Of a DNA stretch of 64,000 nucleotides, positions 32,783-47,691 are shown piece by piece (position 1 is the first letter of the stretch; each line of letters begins with the position of its first letter). The DNA comes from Octopus bimaculoides (taxonomy: Eukaryota). The position numbers and the translations under genes were made by a program. The notes beneath the pieces are model-generated. The model worked only from the letters and a program-made list of their open reading frames with translations. It searched no databases and was not told the DNA's origin. The stretch is taken from positions 32,439,443 to 32,503,442 of the forward strand of contig NC_069001.1 of assembly GCF_001194135.2 (NCBI RefSeq). Direction: 5' to 3'.

Positions 32783-33011
32783 TTAACTCTTTGGCATTTA
32801 AGCCAGCCAAATCTGGCCCAAATATTTGACGTGTTTTATATTCGAACCAGCCAGATCCATCCTCTCTCACCTTCCTTGAAATGTCATTCTAAAAATAAAC
32901 AATCACATCATTGAAATTCTCGATGTTATGAGATAATGCATGATTAATACAAAATGGGTGGAATAAACAAGCATTATATTTGACAGAGTAATCTGAGTGC
33001 TAAAAGGTTAA
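32783..33011. mobile_element. piggyBac-type MITE (TTAA flanks, CCCTTT-like ends). Related copies at about 2348-2560, 24572-24700, 46011-46228, 46960-47150, 52400-52570 and 63060-63272
   Basis: TTAA at both ends; repeated internal CTCTCACACCTACC/ATGTCATTCTAAAA motif. Confidence 0.6.
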
Positions 33012-34383
33012 TCCAGTTTAACACTACTACATGGTCTTAGGTGCTTTATAGAAGAGTCTGCTCTGTGGTAAGCATTCTTGAAGAGCTTGTAAAATGTTAA
33101 TGGCTCTGTGTTTTTTATTAAACCATCAGAATATATATCAGATATATATAATGCAATGTCCCCTTCTTTTTTAACATGGTAGGATGGATATTTTATTGCT
33201 GTTTCTAGCAGATCAATTCTTTCTGATTTTAGCACATGGCCAGCAAGTTTGACAGGAGGGGGGGAAGTTGATTACATTAACCCCCCAGAACTTCAATGGT
33301 CTTTATTTTATTAGCTCTGAAAAGTTGAAAGACGAAGTTGACCTTGAGGAATTTGAACTCAGAATGTAACAACTTGGAAGTGTTACATCCAATGCTCTAA
33401 TGATTTTGGCAGCTCAAATGTAATGCTTTAGCTCTGTTGTATGTAAAATGAAATTGTTTGGAATGCAGTGGGATTTGGACTCAAAAGAAACATCTCTATG
33501 CATTTTGTACAATACTTAATGATTCTGCCAGCTTGAACATTGTGCTGTAAACCTCTTCCTCAGTTGTAGGGAAAATGGAATTATTTTTGGAACACTCATC
33601 ACCAAAGTAAATTATAAATAACAAAAACATTAAAGATTAAATTTAGGATAGATTATTATTATTATTATCTTTTGAAATTTTATTTTCTTTAATTTATTAT
33701 TGATAACATGAAAGGTTTCATCAGATGAAAATCTATTGTACACATTTTTTTCATTACAACATTGTAATCAAGAGAGAGAACAATTTGCACACAATAGTTT
33801 TACTACTACATCAATAATTATGCAATCAGTGGAAGCCATTTTTTTTCTTCAGTTTTCTTGCACCATCTTTATAAATATCAAAAAAAAAAGAAAAGAAGAC
33901 AAAATGCTTTACCCTACATATTTGTATTTCTTTGAAAAATTATTCGTATTACCTTCCATATATTTATTAGTAGTCAGTTACTTCAAATGACTTTTTATTA
34001 TGCAGTATTTGAACTTATAAACTGTGAGGAGAAACAGGACTTTTTAAATGGCCTCCTTCAAACAATTATCATAAGATTATGCAGCTGAGTATTACATGTA
34101 TTTTGTTCACTGAAAAAAAAAGGGCGGGGGGGATCCCCAAAAAACAAGTGTTTTTTTTTACTTCTTTTAAACCAAAACATCAAAAAAAAAAAAATTTGGC
34201 ATAAAAAGTTTCCAGGGTTTAAATATTTCAATTTATTTGTTTCTGTTTTTACTTAACGCAAAGGGNNNNNNNNNNNNNNNNNNNNNNNNNNNNNNNNNNN
34301 NNNNNNNNNNNNNNNNNNNNNNNNNNNNNNNNNNNNNNNNNNNNNNNNNNNNNNNNNNNNNNNNNNNNNNNNNNNNNNNNNNN

Positions 34384-34474
<91 letters not shown>

Positions 34475-34680
34475 ATGTATATATATATATATATGAGCAT
34501 ATAAACAACTATATATATATGCATGTATACATATATATATACATATACACACACACACACATATATATGTATATATATATTATATATACATATATATGCA
34601 ATACATTTGTATATATTGTATAAACAATTAGGGGAGTGAGGATGGGTGCAATATTGTGACATATATATATATATATATAT
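34384..34680. repeat. (TA)n / (TACA)n microsatellite block, one of many in the window
   Basis: Seen directly; these blocks explain the YIYI-type ORFs. Confidence 0.95.
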
Positions 34681-35120
34681 CTTTTCCAAGGGCATTAGCA
34701 ATATAAATGAGATAAACGAGCTTCAAGCAAAAGCTTGGGTTGGCACAAGCTTACTCTTTGCCCCACTGCCCTATAGAGGTTCACACAAAACTGCAAAATA
34801 TTCACAACAAGTTTAGGTTTAGAAACATCATATCGTATGATATTGTGAAAGTGAATATGACTTGAATATCATTACTATACTGTCACCAGCAGTAGCAAAA
34901 ATTATGATTAAATATGTATTTGATTTTTTTTTTATAAAGTGTTGTAACAAGATATAATGCATCATTTATCTTACCTTAACAATTTATTTTGTCACTTCAT
35001 TTATTAAAAGAATTCTATTCGTTTCAAATTTTGTTTTAAAGTTTATACAGTAAAAAACAACTCAAAATTATATATATATATACACATATACATATATATG
35101 TATGATTGTATGTAAATGTA

Positions 35121-35172
<52 letters not shown>

Positions 35173-35541
35173 AACATATATGTATGCACATATATATACA
35201 TACATACATATATATATATATATGTATGTACACTTCAGTTAGTTAAGAAACATATGTAGCTTGCATATTACCTGTCCCATTCCTTTAAATTTTGGATTAT
35301 ATANNNNNNNNNNNNNNNNNNNNNNNNNNNNNNNNNNNNNNNNNNNNNNNNNNNNNNNNNNNNNNNNNNNNNNNNNNNNNNNNNNNNNNNNNNNNNNNNN
35401 NNNNNNNNNNNNNNNNNNNNNNNNNNNNNNNNNNNNNNNNNNNNNNNNNNNNNNNNNNNNNNNNNNNNNNNNNNNNNNNNNNNNNNNNNNNNNNNNNNNN
35501 NNNNNNNNNNNNNNNNNNNNNNNNNNNNNNNNNNNNNNNNN

Positions 35542-35590
<49 letters not shown>

Positions 35591-36365
35591 GTATATATTA
35601 CTGAGTCAAGAATAAAACTAAGCTCTATTATTCTGCATCTGAGCTACTATTTTCTTATTTGATGATTTACATACACAAAAAAAAAAAAACACCACTATCT
35701 CCAAGCAATAAATATCAGCCCTAAAGACGCCGTTTTTGCATCATGGTGCACAATAGTTAATCATATAGTCCAGCATTTACTGCATTGCATGGATGGCTTG
35801 CATCGTCACAACTACAGCAACAGATATTGTTCTTTACTTGCTCGTGATGGCTACCCCTGCATCATGCATGATTTTTCTTTTGGCGAAGGCAGTGGGCATC
35901 ATTTGCTCACAGACCCTATCGCCTGATCACAACAAAAGAAAAAAAAAACAGTAACATGTTATACAACACCAGCTTCTGTTGGAATTTGGAATTTGTTTCT
36001 ATGGGTTTTTTTTTTGCTTTTTTTTTTATAGAAGTTCAGTTTATTATATAATATATACATTTTACACTATGTCACAATTAATATGAAACTACATATAGTG
36101 AATAGGTAGTTTATGGGTAGGTTAGATATCACAAAGATCACCAAAATGAAATTCTATATACATGTGCTCTTGCACGTGCGTGTGTATGTGCATGTGTGTG
36201 CATATACATGTATATATGTATGTTTGTATGTATGTATGTATGTACATATTCCAGGGACTGACAAGTTCAAAAGAAGCTATGTCTGGCCACTTAGAATAAA
36301 ATACAGAAAGATAAATCTGAGAGTGAATATATATAATATGGATATATAATTGTTATACATATACA

Positions 36366-36429
<64 letters not shown>

Positions 36430-36780
36430 TATGTAATATAGATATAATTAATTCTTATTCATATATATTCGTTACACATACACGCAAACATTAAATATAT
36501 ATATACACACACACACATGCATACACATACACAAACACATTGATTCACAACAATTGAAAGTAAAGTGTTTTCTCATAGCATTGTCAGTCAGTTTATATGA
36601 ACATTTTTTTTTTCTCAGTTTTAGAAAAATACAAAAATAAAAAGGTTTACAACAAGTGTACTACTAGATTAACTATACAACATGGTTTATATATGAGCTG
36701 AAGATTTAGAAGAATAGAGGGTAGCAAGATGCTAAAAAGCAGCATGAATTAGTGAAACAATGTTAAGTTGGAAATGGCTG

Positions 36781-36811
<31 letters not shown>

Positions 36812-38609
36812 TATATTTGTTTAATGTTAGCTTGTTTTTTTTTCAGTTTCTTGAATAACAACTTTTAATTACAAATAAATAAATAAAAGTTTATAATGGT
36901 AATAAATATGGTTTCTGATTTAGATGCAAGGCCAGCATTATTGAGAGGAAGGGATTAAGTTGAAGCCATCGACCCCAGTATTTAACTGGTGTTTTATTTT
37001 AAGGAATTCCTAAAGGATAAAAGGTCAAGTTGACATGCGTTGGATTTGAAATCAGATTGTGAAGAGTTGTAAGAAATACCACACAGCATTTTGTCCAATG
37101 CTCTACTGACTCTGCTTAATAATTCTTTCTTCTGTAAGGACAAGGCCTAAAATTTGGGGCGAAGACGCTAGTAGATTGATTACATAGGTCTCAATTCTCG
37201 ACTGGTACTCATTTTTATTGACTCCAAGATGATGAAAGGCAAAGTCAACCTCGGTAGAATTCGAACCCAGATGCTGCTTAGCATTTTCTTTGGTGTGCTA
37301 ATGATCTTGGCAGCTTGCTTTAATAATGGTTTCAAAATCTGCCACAAGGGCAGTCATTTTGGGGGAGGGGATGAGTTGATTACATTGAACCCAGTGTTCA
37401 ACTGCTACTTATTTTATCGACCCCGAAAGGATGAAAGGCAGAGTCGACCTTGGCGGAATTTGAACTCAGAACATAGCAGCAGATGAAATACCGCTAATAG
37501 GGGTTGATGTGTGTGTGTTTGTGTGTGAATTAAAGCGAAAATATACAAATGCATAAATCCATTCAAATTTTAATTCAGCAGACAACTATTTATTGTTTCA
37601 TCAGCATAAAAGTGAGTGCAAGGTCTTGTAAATTCTATTTATCTCCCTTTATGATTAAAATACAGTCTACGTGTTTCAACTGATTTTTTTAAGCAATGTT
37701 CATGACTAATATTATCATTAATAAACTGGTGTTTGGAAAATATAACTTAAAAACCGAAAAAAAAAAGTCTTACATTTTTATATTGCATGTTAAAACTGAG
37801 GGTGATCTTAGGCAGGCTGGTATCAAAATGGTTTAAATAAAAGATTCCCAGCTAAAAAAATTAAATAAAACTTATGTTTCAAGCATGGTTGTGAGATAAA
37901 AGGTTTGCTTCCCAACCACATGTTTCTGGGTTCAGTCCCACTGCATGGCTCTAGGCTGCCCAAAGTGAGTAGATTTTAGTAGATGGAAAAGAAGCTTGTC
38001 ATATATGTGTGTGTGTTTGTTCTCACCCACCACTTGACAACTGGTGTTGGTTTGTTTACATCACGATAACTTAGTAGTTTGGCAAAAAGAAACCAATAGA
38101 ATAAGTACCTGGCTAACAAAAACAAAATGTACTGGGGTTGATTTGTTCAGCTGTGGTGCTCCAGCATGGCCACAGTCTAATGACTGAAACATGTAAAGCA
38201 TAAAAGATAAATAAATGATCTCCACAGCTAGAATCGGTAAAAAGAAAATAGATATCACAACCATATTGCAAATGCTTGTAAGAAGTACTTGCATGTGAAA
38301 GTAGCAACTATATTAGTTTCCTTGACGATGACTTTGTATCCAACTTACAACAGGCACACAGTTGTTTCCCATGCAGTTGCAAATATAAACTCTATTTGTT
38401 CTTAAGTTTTTCAGCTTCTCTAAGAAATCATTGGTGTTTTCCTATTATTATTATTATTATTATTATTAGACAAATATATGAAATCCATCTGGTTGAGGTT
38501 TAACGACAAAAAGTTCTCCTCAAATTTCAAAAATCTTTCTAAGCATTCTTGCAGAATACAGGATTTCACTTTTATTATTATTATTGTTGTTGTTATTATT
38601 ATTATTATT

Positions 38610-38985
38610 AACAAACTTCTCAGAACTTTTGATTTCACTTACTTCAGCTAATTCTGTAAGAGCGGACACCCCATTGTCAAGGGTCACACAGGGTCTTCTT
38701 CCATGATACCTAACATCCAAGGTACCAGCCTCAAAATCCTCCCTGTTCCTAATATAGCAGTTTTCTGAGCATCTTCTACCTTCATATCAATCTGAATTTC
38801 TCCAACAAATTTCTCAAACCTGGTTTACAATGCTCCCAGTGCCTCAACAACTACTGGGATGACAGTTAGGGTCTTCATTGCCTGCATTCTCATAATCTCG
38901 TAGTGGTTTGAATTTCTCAATTTTTTTCCAGTTCTTTATCATTCACTTGTACATTCCCAGGTATAGCAATATCTATGATCTTGGT
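38610..38985 (-). mobile_element. 5'-truncated R4/Dong-type element inserted in a (TAA)n tract
   Basis: KIIDIAIPG..VNDKELEK, VIPVVVEALGAL and KTAILGTGRILR with frameshifts. (TTA)n on both sides. Confidence 0.75.
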
Positions 38986-41900
38986 ATTATTATTATTATT
39001 TCTTTACATTTTAAAAACTTTTTTACATACTAGCATGTACTGGAAGGATTTATAGATTTTGTATAATTGCATGTTTTGGAAATACGTTGGCTATTCTAAA
39101 ATTAACCTCTTATACCAGCAGATATAAAAATTATAGCTGATATTGTTTAAAATGTTGTCATTGCGTTAGCCCCAGGTCAGTCCTAATCCGGAATACACAG
39201 GATTGTAATTCAGACAACATTATCCAATCAAATGTGTAGTTTTTTTAAAGACAGAAGGAAAATTTAGTTGCTGTTTGTAGAAGATCGAGCAAACACATAA
39301 AAACTCCTTAGTTACCTCGTTGTTTAAAGGTTCGTTGGATTGGGGTAGGTATTGTAATTAAATCTCAGTGAAAAAAAAACACAATGCCAACAGCAAACAA
39401 GACTTTTAAACCTTCTAAGCAACATGTCAACAGCCCAACATTTTACATATTCAGCAGCATATCAGTGAATCTTTGTATTTACATTGTTTAATGATGAACA
39501 AACAAAAACTAAAACTTTAAAAATAAACTAACAAAAAAGAATTAGTTTCAATGTAACATAACAATATATACATAAAATTGGAACAAGGAAGGCAATTATA
39601 TTTCCATTGGAATGTTAAAACTTATATTGAAATGATGATGATGATGATGATGATGATGACAATGATGATGATGATGATGATGACAATGATGATGATGATG
39701 ATGATGGTGGTATCAAAACAACAACAACAATAATAAATAGGAATTGTTTGAATTTTTCCATTTTACAGAGCATTGAAACAAGAACAGTGATTTTTTTTTT
39801 TTAACCCTCTGAACTTGCAGGTACAATTTCATTTGACTATGCTCCCTGTAAAACACAAAAGCAATTTGCCATGTGTTTTTTGAGTTTATGGCTGAAAATA
39901 ACTATTTTTCTCCCAATCAGCAAACAGTAAATATGAAACCATCTAGCCCTATTTCTTTTGTGATTTCCAGGGATATAATCAAATAAAATCATGCTTCTTG
40001 AGTTTAAAGAGTATAAGGAAACAGAGACAGGGAGTTATAAAAACAATTTGCCCAAATCCTGCTTCACAAAAGAATCAGTGACACAAGTGGAATGAAAATC
40101 TTCTGACAGGAAATTAGAGATTTGATTCACAAAGAGTAACTTCAATCCATCAATGAAGGAAAGTCTTTGAAACAACAAGAGAACCGCCCAGTTCTATTAT
40201 ACTTGTCATTATTATTCTGTAAAGGGCAGCAGACCAACAGGGTTGTTATAGCATCAGAAAATATGTCTGGTGTTATTTGTTCTGAGTTCAAATCCTGATG
40301 ATGTCAACTTTGCTCTTCATCCCTCTGGAGTTAATAAAATAAGGTAACAGTCAAACATTGTAGTCAATGTAATTGACTGAATGGCTTCCTCTCAAAACTG
40401 AGCAGTATTTGGTTGGCATTTTGTTTTATTGATCCTAAAGTGACTGAAAATGTAAAGTTGATCACTGCAGGATTGGGACTCAGAATATAAATGGCCAGAA
40501 TAAATACCACAAGGTATTTCTTTCCTATGCTGTAATGATTCTGTCAAAACCTAATAATCGTTTATCTTTGTTGTAAGCCATAAACCTAGAAGACACAGAC
40601 TGTTTGAGTGTCATTTCTTTGTTTGTATTAACCTGTGTAGATGTCTTTGAGAGAAAGCCAGGGACGTTTGACAATTTCATATTGTGTCATGACAGAAAAT
40701 GGTAACAATATAAAAACAAAGGGCAGACAAACTGTCTTTAACAAGTGTTATGAGAGTAAAAAAAAAAATAGAAGGGAAAATTAACATGTACGCATGCACA
40801 CACATACACATGTAGTAAAATCAAAAAAGGTGTATGGTGAACAAGCTGTGAAGGTGGAAAATCAAATGCTTTGGACTGAGTCCTTCTTCAAGGAAAAGCT
40901 GAAAGGAGGGAAACTAATAACAGACAGAAGAGAGAGTATGTAAAACTCATCTGAGTCTCATCAATTTCTCACCTTTCAACTTTTTCCTGAAAAAGACTGT
41001 TTGGGACATTGAATTTTCTTCTTGCTCATGGGCAAGTTCACTTGACTCTTGATTGTGTCTCAGTGGTTAGGATGTTGGATTCATGATCGTAAGATTGTGG
41101 TTTTAATTCCTGGATTAGAAGACATCTTGTGCTCTTGAGCAAGACACTTCATTTCACCTTCCTCTAGCCCACTCAGCTGGTAAAATGGAGTAATCCTGCA
41201 ATGGCCTGGCATCCTATCCAGGAAGTGGGGGTGTGGAGTATGTGTGCCATGGAAACCAGCCCTATGAGTCAATATGAATGGCAAAGGATCTCTCTCTCTC
41301 TATATATGTATGTATTACAAGATGCTACATTATTCAGCAGTTTCACATGTTTTTTTCATCTCTTGGGACATAGAATATTATGTTGCTAATGTTTGTTTGT
41401 GTTGGTGTGTGTGTCTATAAAAGCTTTTCTTATTTCACTTTCCATTTCCTGTGTTAAAAAAAAAAGGGTAAAAAAATATGAATCAACTGACTGGGAGCTA
41501 ATACATTATAAGTATTTTATTTTATAAATGCTCTCACATTTGGATAAAATTTAAGGGTTAAGAAAAAGAAGGGAGGAGTCTATGATTGAGATTTTAGAAC
41601 TCAGAAACCAATGTGGAACTGGTGCCAAATTTGGGTATTATGTTCTCTTATCCCAACTACTTTCTCAAAGATTTTTCAAGTTGAACTAGAAGTTTGTAAC
41701 TAACAAAGAGTAGGTCAGTCAGCCAAGTGTGTCTGGAATGTGATCAGAAACTAGAAATTAACCTTTATACACTTATCTAATGTCCCCATTGATTTCTTTT
41801 CAAAGTGAGTTGAGGTGTCACCATTGAGAATGAGGGTGGGATCAGTGATGCTAGAAACAGGATTTCTGAGAATAGATTTTTGTTGCTTGCTGCTGTCTTT

Positions 41901-42589
41901 TGGCAAGAAGACTGGACAATATTCTTGAGCTGGAATGGTGGTAGTGATTGCAAAGGAAGTAATAAGATGGTCAAAACTGAAAGTAGTGAGGATAAAAACA
42001 TGGGCTTCCTCAATACAGCTCTCATGGAATTTTTCAAGAAAAAAACAATGATGAAGAAGGCTGAGTCAGTTTGCCATCAGGAGGATTTTTATGAAAGATC
42101 GGTGAAAGTGCTTGGTATGTCATAAATGAATGGAATAATGGGAAATTGTTGTCTAGATCAGTCAGGCATATTGTGGCCTGCAGAACTTTTTGAAAGGCTC
42201 ATCAACGAAAAATTACCTTGAATTTTTTCAGTAGTGCAGCCCACCTGATGAGCCTGTTACATGTAGCGTGCTTCTTGAAAAAGGTTGCCCATGCCTTCTC
42301 TAAATGGAGCAAAGGTATATCACTTACAATTGAGGTCAAGTGCTAATGAGACAAGCTTATTTTTTTCTGTCAATAAGGTGAATATTGGTTTACATTTATT
42401 TTTAATGCTTTGTTTTGTCACTGCTTTAGCCTAGTTAAAAATAATTCACAATTTTGTTGTAAAAGTTAAATGAACTCCATTTACTGATCTTCTATCTTTA
42501 TACAATCATCTTCAACACTATTATTATTATTATTATTATTATGAATAATAATAATAATAATAATAATAAAATTTAATAATGATGATAGG

Positions 42590-43200
42590 GATTTCAAATT
42601 TTGGCACAAGGCCAGCAATTTCGAAGGAGGAAGTAAGTCAATTACATTGTCCCCCAGTGCTCAACTGGTACTTATTTTATCGACCCCGAAAGGTTGAAAT
42701 GTAAAACCGACCTTGGCAAAATTTGAACTCGCTGAGGTCAACTTTACCTTTCACCCCATCTCCAAAGTTGCTGACCTTGTGCCAAAATTTGAACCCATTA
42801 TCATCATCATTATTATTATTATTATTATTAATGTAGGAAATCCTTATTTTGGTTTGTATTTTATATCTATATTACTGATTCTCATTTTGTTTTGAGCTCT
42901 AGGACTCGTAGGGCCAGCTATTCAGTTTCCATGGCATACAACTGGCTGAGATCACAATATTCCCCTGAAAAGGATGCTAGTCTGTTGCCACACACAAAGA
43001 CAGCAATTTTAAGGGGAGGCGGAGAAAGTCAAATACATCAACCCCAGTACTTAACTGGTACTTCCTTTTACCAACCCTGAAGGGATGTAAAAGGTAAATT
43101 TGACCACCGCAGGATTTGAACTCAGAACATAAAGAGCCAGAAGAAATGCCACTAAGCATTTTGTTAATGATTCCATGCTAACGATTCTGCCAGTTCACCA
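42590..43200. repeat. Third dispersed repeat family (AAAGTTGACCTTGGCAGAATTTGAACTCAGAAC core), here as adjacent copies. Also at about 40-300, 7170-7380, 23650-23820, 33240-33420, 36910-37500, 46730-46920 and 51540-51660
   Basis: The same core recurs on both strands. Confidence 0.7.
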
Positions 43201-43740
43201 CCATGTTAATGATTATAAGTATCATCATTGTTGCTGTCAATAGATTCTGTGTGTAGTTTCACTTGACACCGGAATATTTATGAGGTCCAAACATACAGAT
43301 GCTGCACTAAACATTTACCTTTAGTCCTCCTTTATTTAGAGGTGAGGATTGGAGTAGGGTAGGGTTCCCCCTTGCCCCACCCCCAGTCACTCTCTGTCTA
43401 TCACATACATGAGTTATAACAAAACACAATGCAATACAATGGATGAGGTTGCACAGATTAGTAATTCTATTCTGTAGAAATAAATTCATTGAAATATAAT
43501 AGATATATACATACACACATACACATGTATATATATATAAATACACACATGTAGACAGCATGGTAACATCAACTGAAGTGTAGTTTGTGTTAAAATGAGA
43601 AAAACAGTTGGAATTCCATCAGATGCTGCCTGATGAAACTTCAAAATAATAATAATAACAATGATAATAATAATAACGAAAAAGAATTGAAGTTATGCTA
43701 GGAAATGTAACAGATAATAAATTAAATAAATTTGAAATAA

Positions 43741-44021
43741 ATACCGTATTTTAATGTGTATAAGGGACCCTTTTTTGTCAAAAATTAGGTTAAAAAATAT
43801 GAGAGTTTCTTATACATGGATAAGTATTATAGATGTTTTCGATCTAGTTTGGATTCTTTGCCATCAAATTTGAATTTTTTGCCATTAAATTTGATGGCAA
43901 AGAGTTCAAATTTGATGGCAAACTAGATCGAAAACATCTATATAATCCCTTACAAAACCTCTTTTCCAAATTTTAAGACAGCAAAATTAGGGGGTTCCTT
44001 ATAAATGTTAAAATATGGTAT
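43741..44021. mobile_element. MITE with TACCGTATTTT-type ends and an internal palindrome
   Basis: ATACCGTATTTT/AAAATATGGTAT ends; 23-bp perfect inverted repeat 43828-43850 / 43920-43942. Confidence 0.6.
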
Positions 44022-47000
44022 ATACAAATTTTAGAAAGTCAACTTTGAAAAGCTTGGAAATACATCCAGAATGGGAGGTAAAAAACAATGATAGTTTTTT
44101 TCTTTTTATGTATAAGATGTCAATGTTTAGCAGAGCAAGAATTTGATTAAAATGTTTTTATTGTTTTTAAAATATAAGATAAACTATATCCAACTCAAAA
44201 TCTTATTTTAAAATAATAATATTTTTATTTACAATATTCAACATGATGGTACTGCATGATCATATATACATACATATATATATGATTTCAATATTCCTGG
44301 ATTGGGTGGTGTGTTGTGTTCTTGAGCAAAACACTTCATCTCATGTTGCTATGCGTTCACTTTGACACCTGATGTGTACCTGTTCAGGTAATATCAATTT
44401 GATGGAGGGAGTGAGTTAATGTACAGCACATACATTTGATCACTATTAACAAATCATTTGTGAAGGTTGTTTAGTAAGCAATTGCAGAACTGTCTTTTTT
44501 GGAGCACAAGAGGCTAACATACATGTGTGTGTGTGTGTGTGAGTGTGTGTTTGTATTATGCAACATCATCATGTTAAATATTAGAACTTCATGTTTTTAA
44601 AATCAATATTTCAAACTTATGAACAAATCGATCATTTAAATCAGGCAAATTTTGCGGTACCACTTGATACCATTGCTGATATTCTGGGGTACCCTCAAAA
44701 ACTTTAATGTTGTAGCAGCAGTGGTCCAAGAATGGGGTTGAAAACATGATTTAGGGTTAACAAACAGAATTTTAATAAATGTATATATAAAAAAAATTAA
44801 ATAAATGCAATTGAAAAAAGTTGTAAAACAAAATTTTATTTGTATTGTTTTGCAATGGAATGTCAAAGTAATGGAATGGAATCTCAAAAAGGTGCATTTT
44901 TAGGTACTTTTAAGTTACCAACAGAATAACATTTCAATGAAATATTAATATATGTGTGTGTGTGTGTGTGTATGTATGTGTGTATATATATATATATATA
45001 TTATATATAAATATATATATTATATATANNNNNNNNNNNNNNNNNNNNNNNNNNNNNNNNNNNNNNNNNNNNATATATATATATATATATATAATATATA
45101 TATATGTATGTATGTATGTATATATAATTATGTATGCATAAATTGTCACAGGGAATTGGAATAAATATAAACAATTGCAGAAAAAAAAGTTTGCTTTTAT
45201 AAAATTATCAAAAAAAGAAAAATAAATTTAAGATTTGAAAAAATATTTTGAAAAAAAAGACAGATATTATGCTGTGGTTAAATAAATCGTTATGAAAAAT
45301 TATTGGTTTTTCTTCTGTAAATAAATAATAAAATCTCATAGTATATAAATATTTAAAAAAAAAAAAGCAAAAATAAAACATAACAAGACCAACACATAGG
45401 AATGTCTCTTATTAGAGAAGGCAGTGGTGTAGTTTACATAGGGGCAGGGTAGAAGATAGAAAAAAAAATCAATGAAATAAACCAAAAAAAAACCATATGG
45501 AATCATGTGACAGAGACAGAATCAATAAGTTAGCAAAGAGGATCACAGATGAAATTTCTTTCCTTCGTTTTTCTTTTCGTTATAGATTATATTGTTAGTT
45601 ATTGTAATTATAAAAACGTGAATGTGACCAATATACACATATAACATGAGTTTGTGTGAATAATTTCATAATGGAAAGAAGAGACTACTGTGACATTATA
45701 TAAAACCTAAAATGAAATTAATTACTGTTTTTACTTGTGTATAAGTTGTACTGTTTTATACTTGATTTTAATTGAAAAAAAAAAGCGGGGCATAGTTAAG
45801 ACTATGAAGGGAAAATATTTTGTACCATGATTCAACACCAAATTAGAGGTGTGATTTATACATGAGTGCGACTTATATATATATGGGTAATGAGGATAAA
45901 TTTCTTATAGACATATACAAGGAGCTTATATTGGAAGTTAATAGCAGAATTTAAGGAGTATATACTGATATTAAACATAAGGAGCTTATAATGGGAGTTA
46001 ATAGCAGATTTTAATTCTTTAACATTTAAACTGATCATATCTGGCCAAAATATTCTACCTGCTTAATGTTCAAACTGGCCAGATCCAGCCTCTCACATCT
46101 ACCCAACAATGTCATTCTAAAAGTAAACAATCATGTCATTGAAATCTTAAAGCTATGAGTTAATTCAAATCAATTTGAATAAACACACTCTACATTTGAC
46201 TGAGTAAACCTGAATGTTAAAGGGTTAAGGAGAATATAATGAGATTAAACATATAAGTCCATTGATTCCTATGGGACTGCTATTGTCCCCACCTCACCAG
46301 GAGGTATTGGGAATACACCCTTTCGAAATGCTCTGTGCTATAGGTTCCCTCATGTGAATTGTGTGAACTACTGAGTAATGCCATAGAATGGGAGTGATTT
46401 GAAGATGAGCTGAAGGACCAAAGGAACAACAGACTGAAAATGTTGAAGAACCACATTTAGATGACAGCCAGATGAAAGTAGGGTTTGACTGAGTGGTCAT
46501 ATGAGTAACACTTGCATTGCCATTTGTAGCACTCCACTGGGTTTGTGATTAAAACAAACTTTACTAGCTGCCAATAAGTACCATACAGAACATAGACTGA
46601 AAGCAGAGGAGGGGTAGGCACAACAGGATTAATGAGTGATTCCTTAGTTTGCAATATTAAGTTTAAATCTTTTCATGTGGTAACAATTCTGCCAGCTGCC
46701 ATCTTTATAACAATAATAGTCCTTTCTGCTATAGGCACAAGGCCTGAAATATTAGGGGAAGGGAATAGTCGATTACATCAACCTCAGTAATCAACAGATA
46801 CCTATTTTATTGACCCTCAAGGGGATGAAACATAAAGTCAACCTTTCTGGAATTTGAACTCAGAATATACAGACAGACAAAAAGCTGTTAAGCATTTTGT
46901 CCAGCATGCTGAGCCTGCCAGCTTGCTTATGTGTTTTTAAGCTTCTTTCTTCTATAACCCTTAAGCATTTAAACCTGCCTTATCTGACTCAAATAGTCTA

Positions 47001-47657
47001 CCTGTTTTATGTTCAAACGAGGTAGATTTGGTCTCTCACACCTACCTTACAATGTCATTCTAAAAAGAAGCAATCACACCATCAAAATCCCAAAGCTATG
47101 TAAATGAATAAGCATTATATCTGACAAAGTAATCTGAATGCTAAAGGATAAAGATTAGTGTATTTCTCTTTTGTCAAATTAGGATAGCATTAACAGGGAG
47201 TTTGATAATTTGTTAAGTAAGGCATTGGCATATCTGTCTTGATCAGAAGCAAATACTCTAGAAAATGATTTTCTAACCATTTCTGAGAAGTATAGAGTGG
47301 ATCTGTTATTTCTTGTTTTATACAATGGCAGCAAATAAAGAAATAAACCATTTGTTTCTCAGGACAAAATAATACGAAGAACATACATGGATCTTGGAAT
47401 GAATAATCTTAATGCTTAAACCATTGTTCTGTCGACGAATTATCATTATTGTCTCTGGCATCATAATTTTTCTCCTCCTCATGTCTCTATTATGTTTAAT
47501 GTTAAAATAATGAATTTTCCTCTTTTTGTTAATTAATTAAACCAGAGATCATTAACTGACACACAATGTTAGTTTATTATAAAATATTAAGGTTAATCCC
47601 ATTAACTAAACCTTCCCTTATTTCAAATTGGCCCAGTGCCTAGTTGAAATAATGATG

Positions 47658-47691
<34 letters not shown>

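Noticed and set aside
34233-35662. YIYI, poly-X, poly-H, poly-I and CVCV ORFs here and throughout the track
   Set aside because: They are translations of microsatellites and N gaps, not genes
39790-39850. Acceptor-like sites on both strands near 39820 and 39847
   Set aside because: No consistent donor or phase to link them to either candidate gene
41770-42130. ORFs on both strands as host exons
   Set aside because: No splice pattern; only a faint resemblance to a decayed LINE endonuclease
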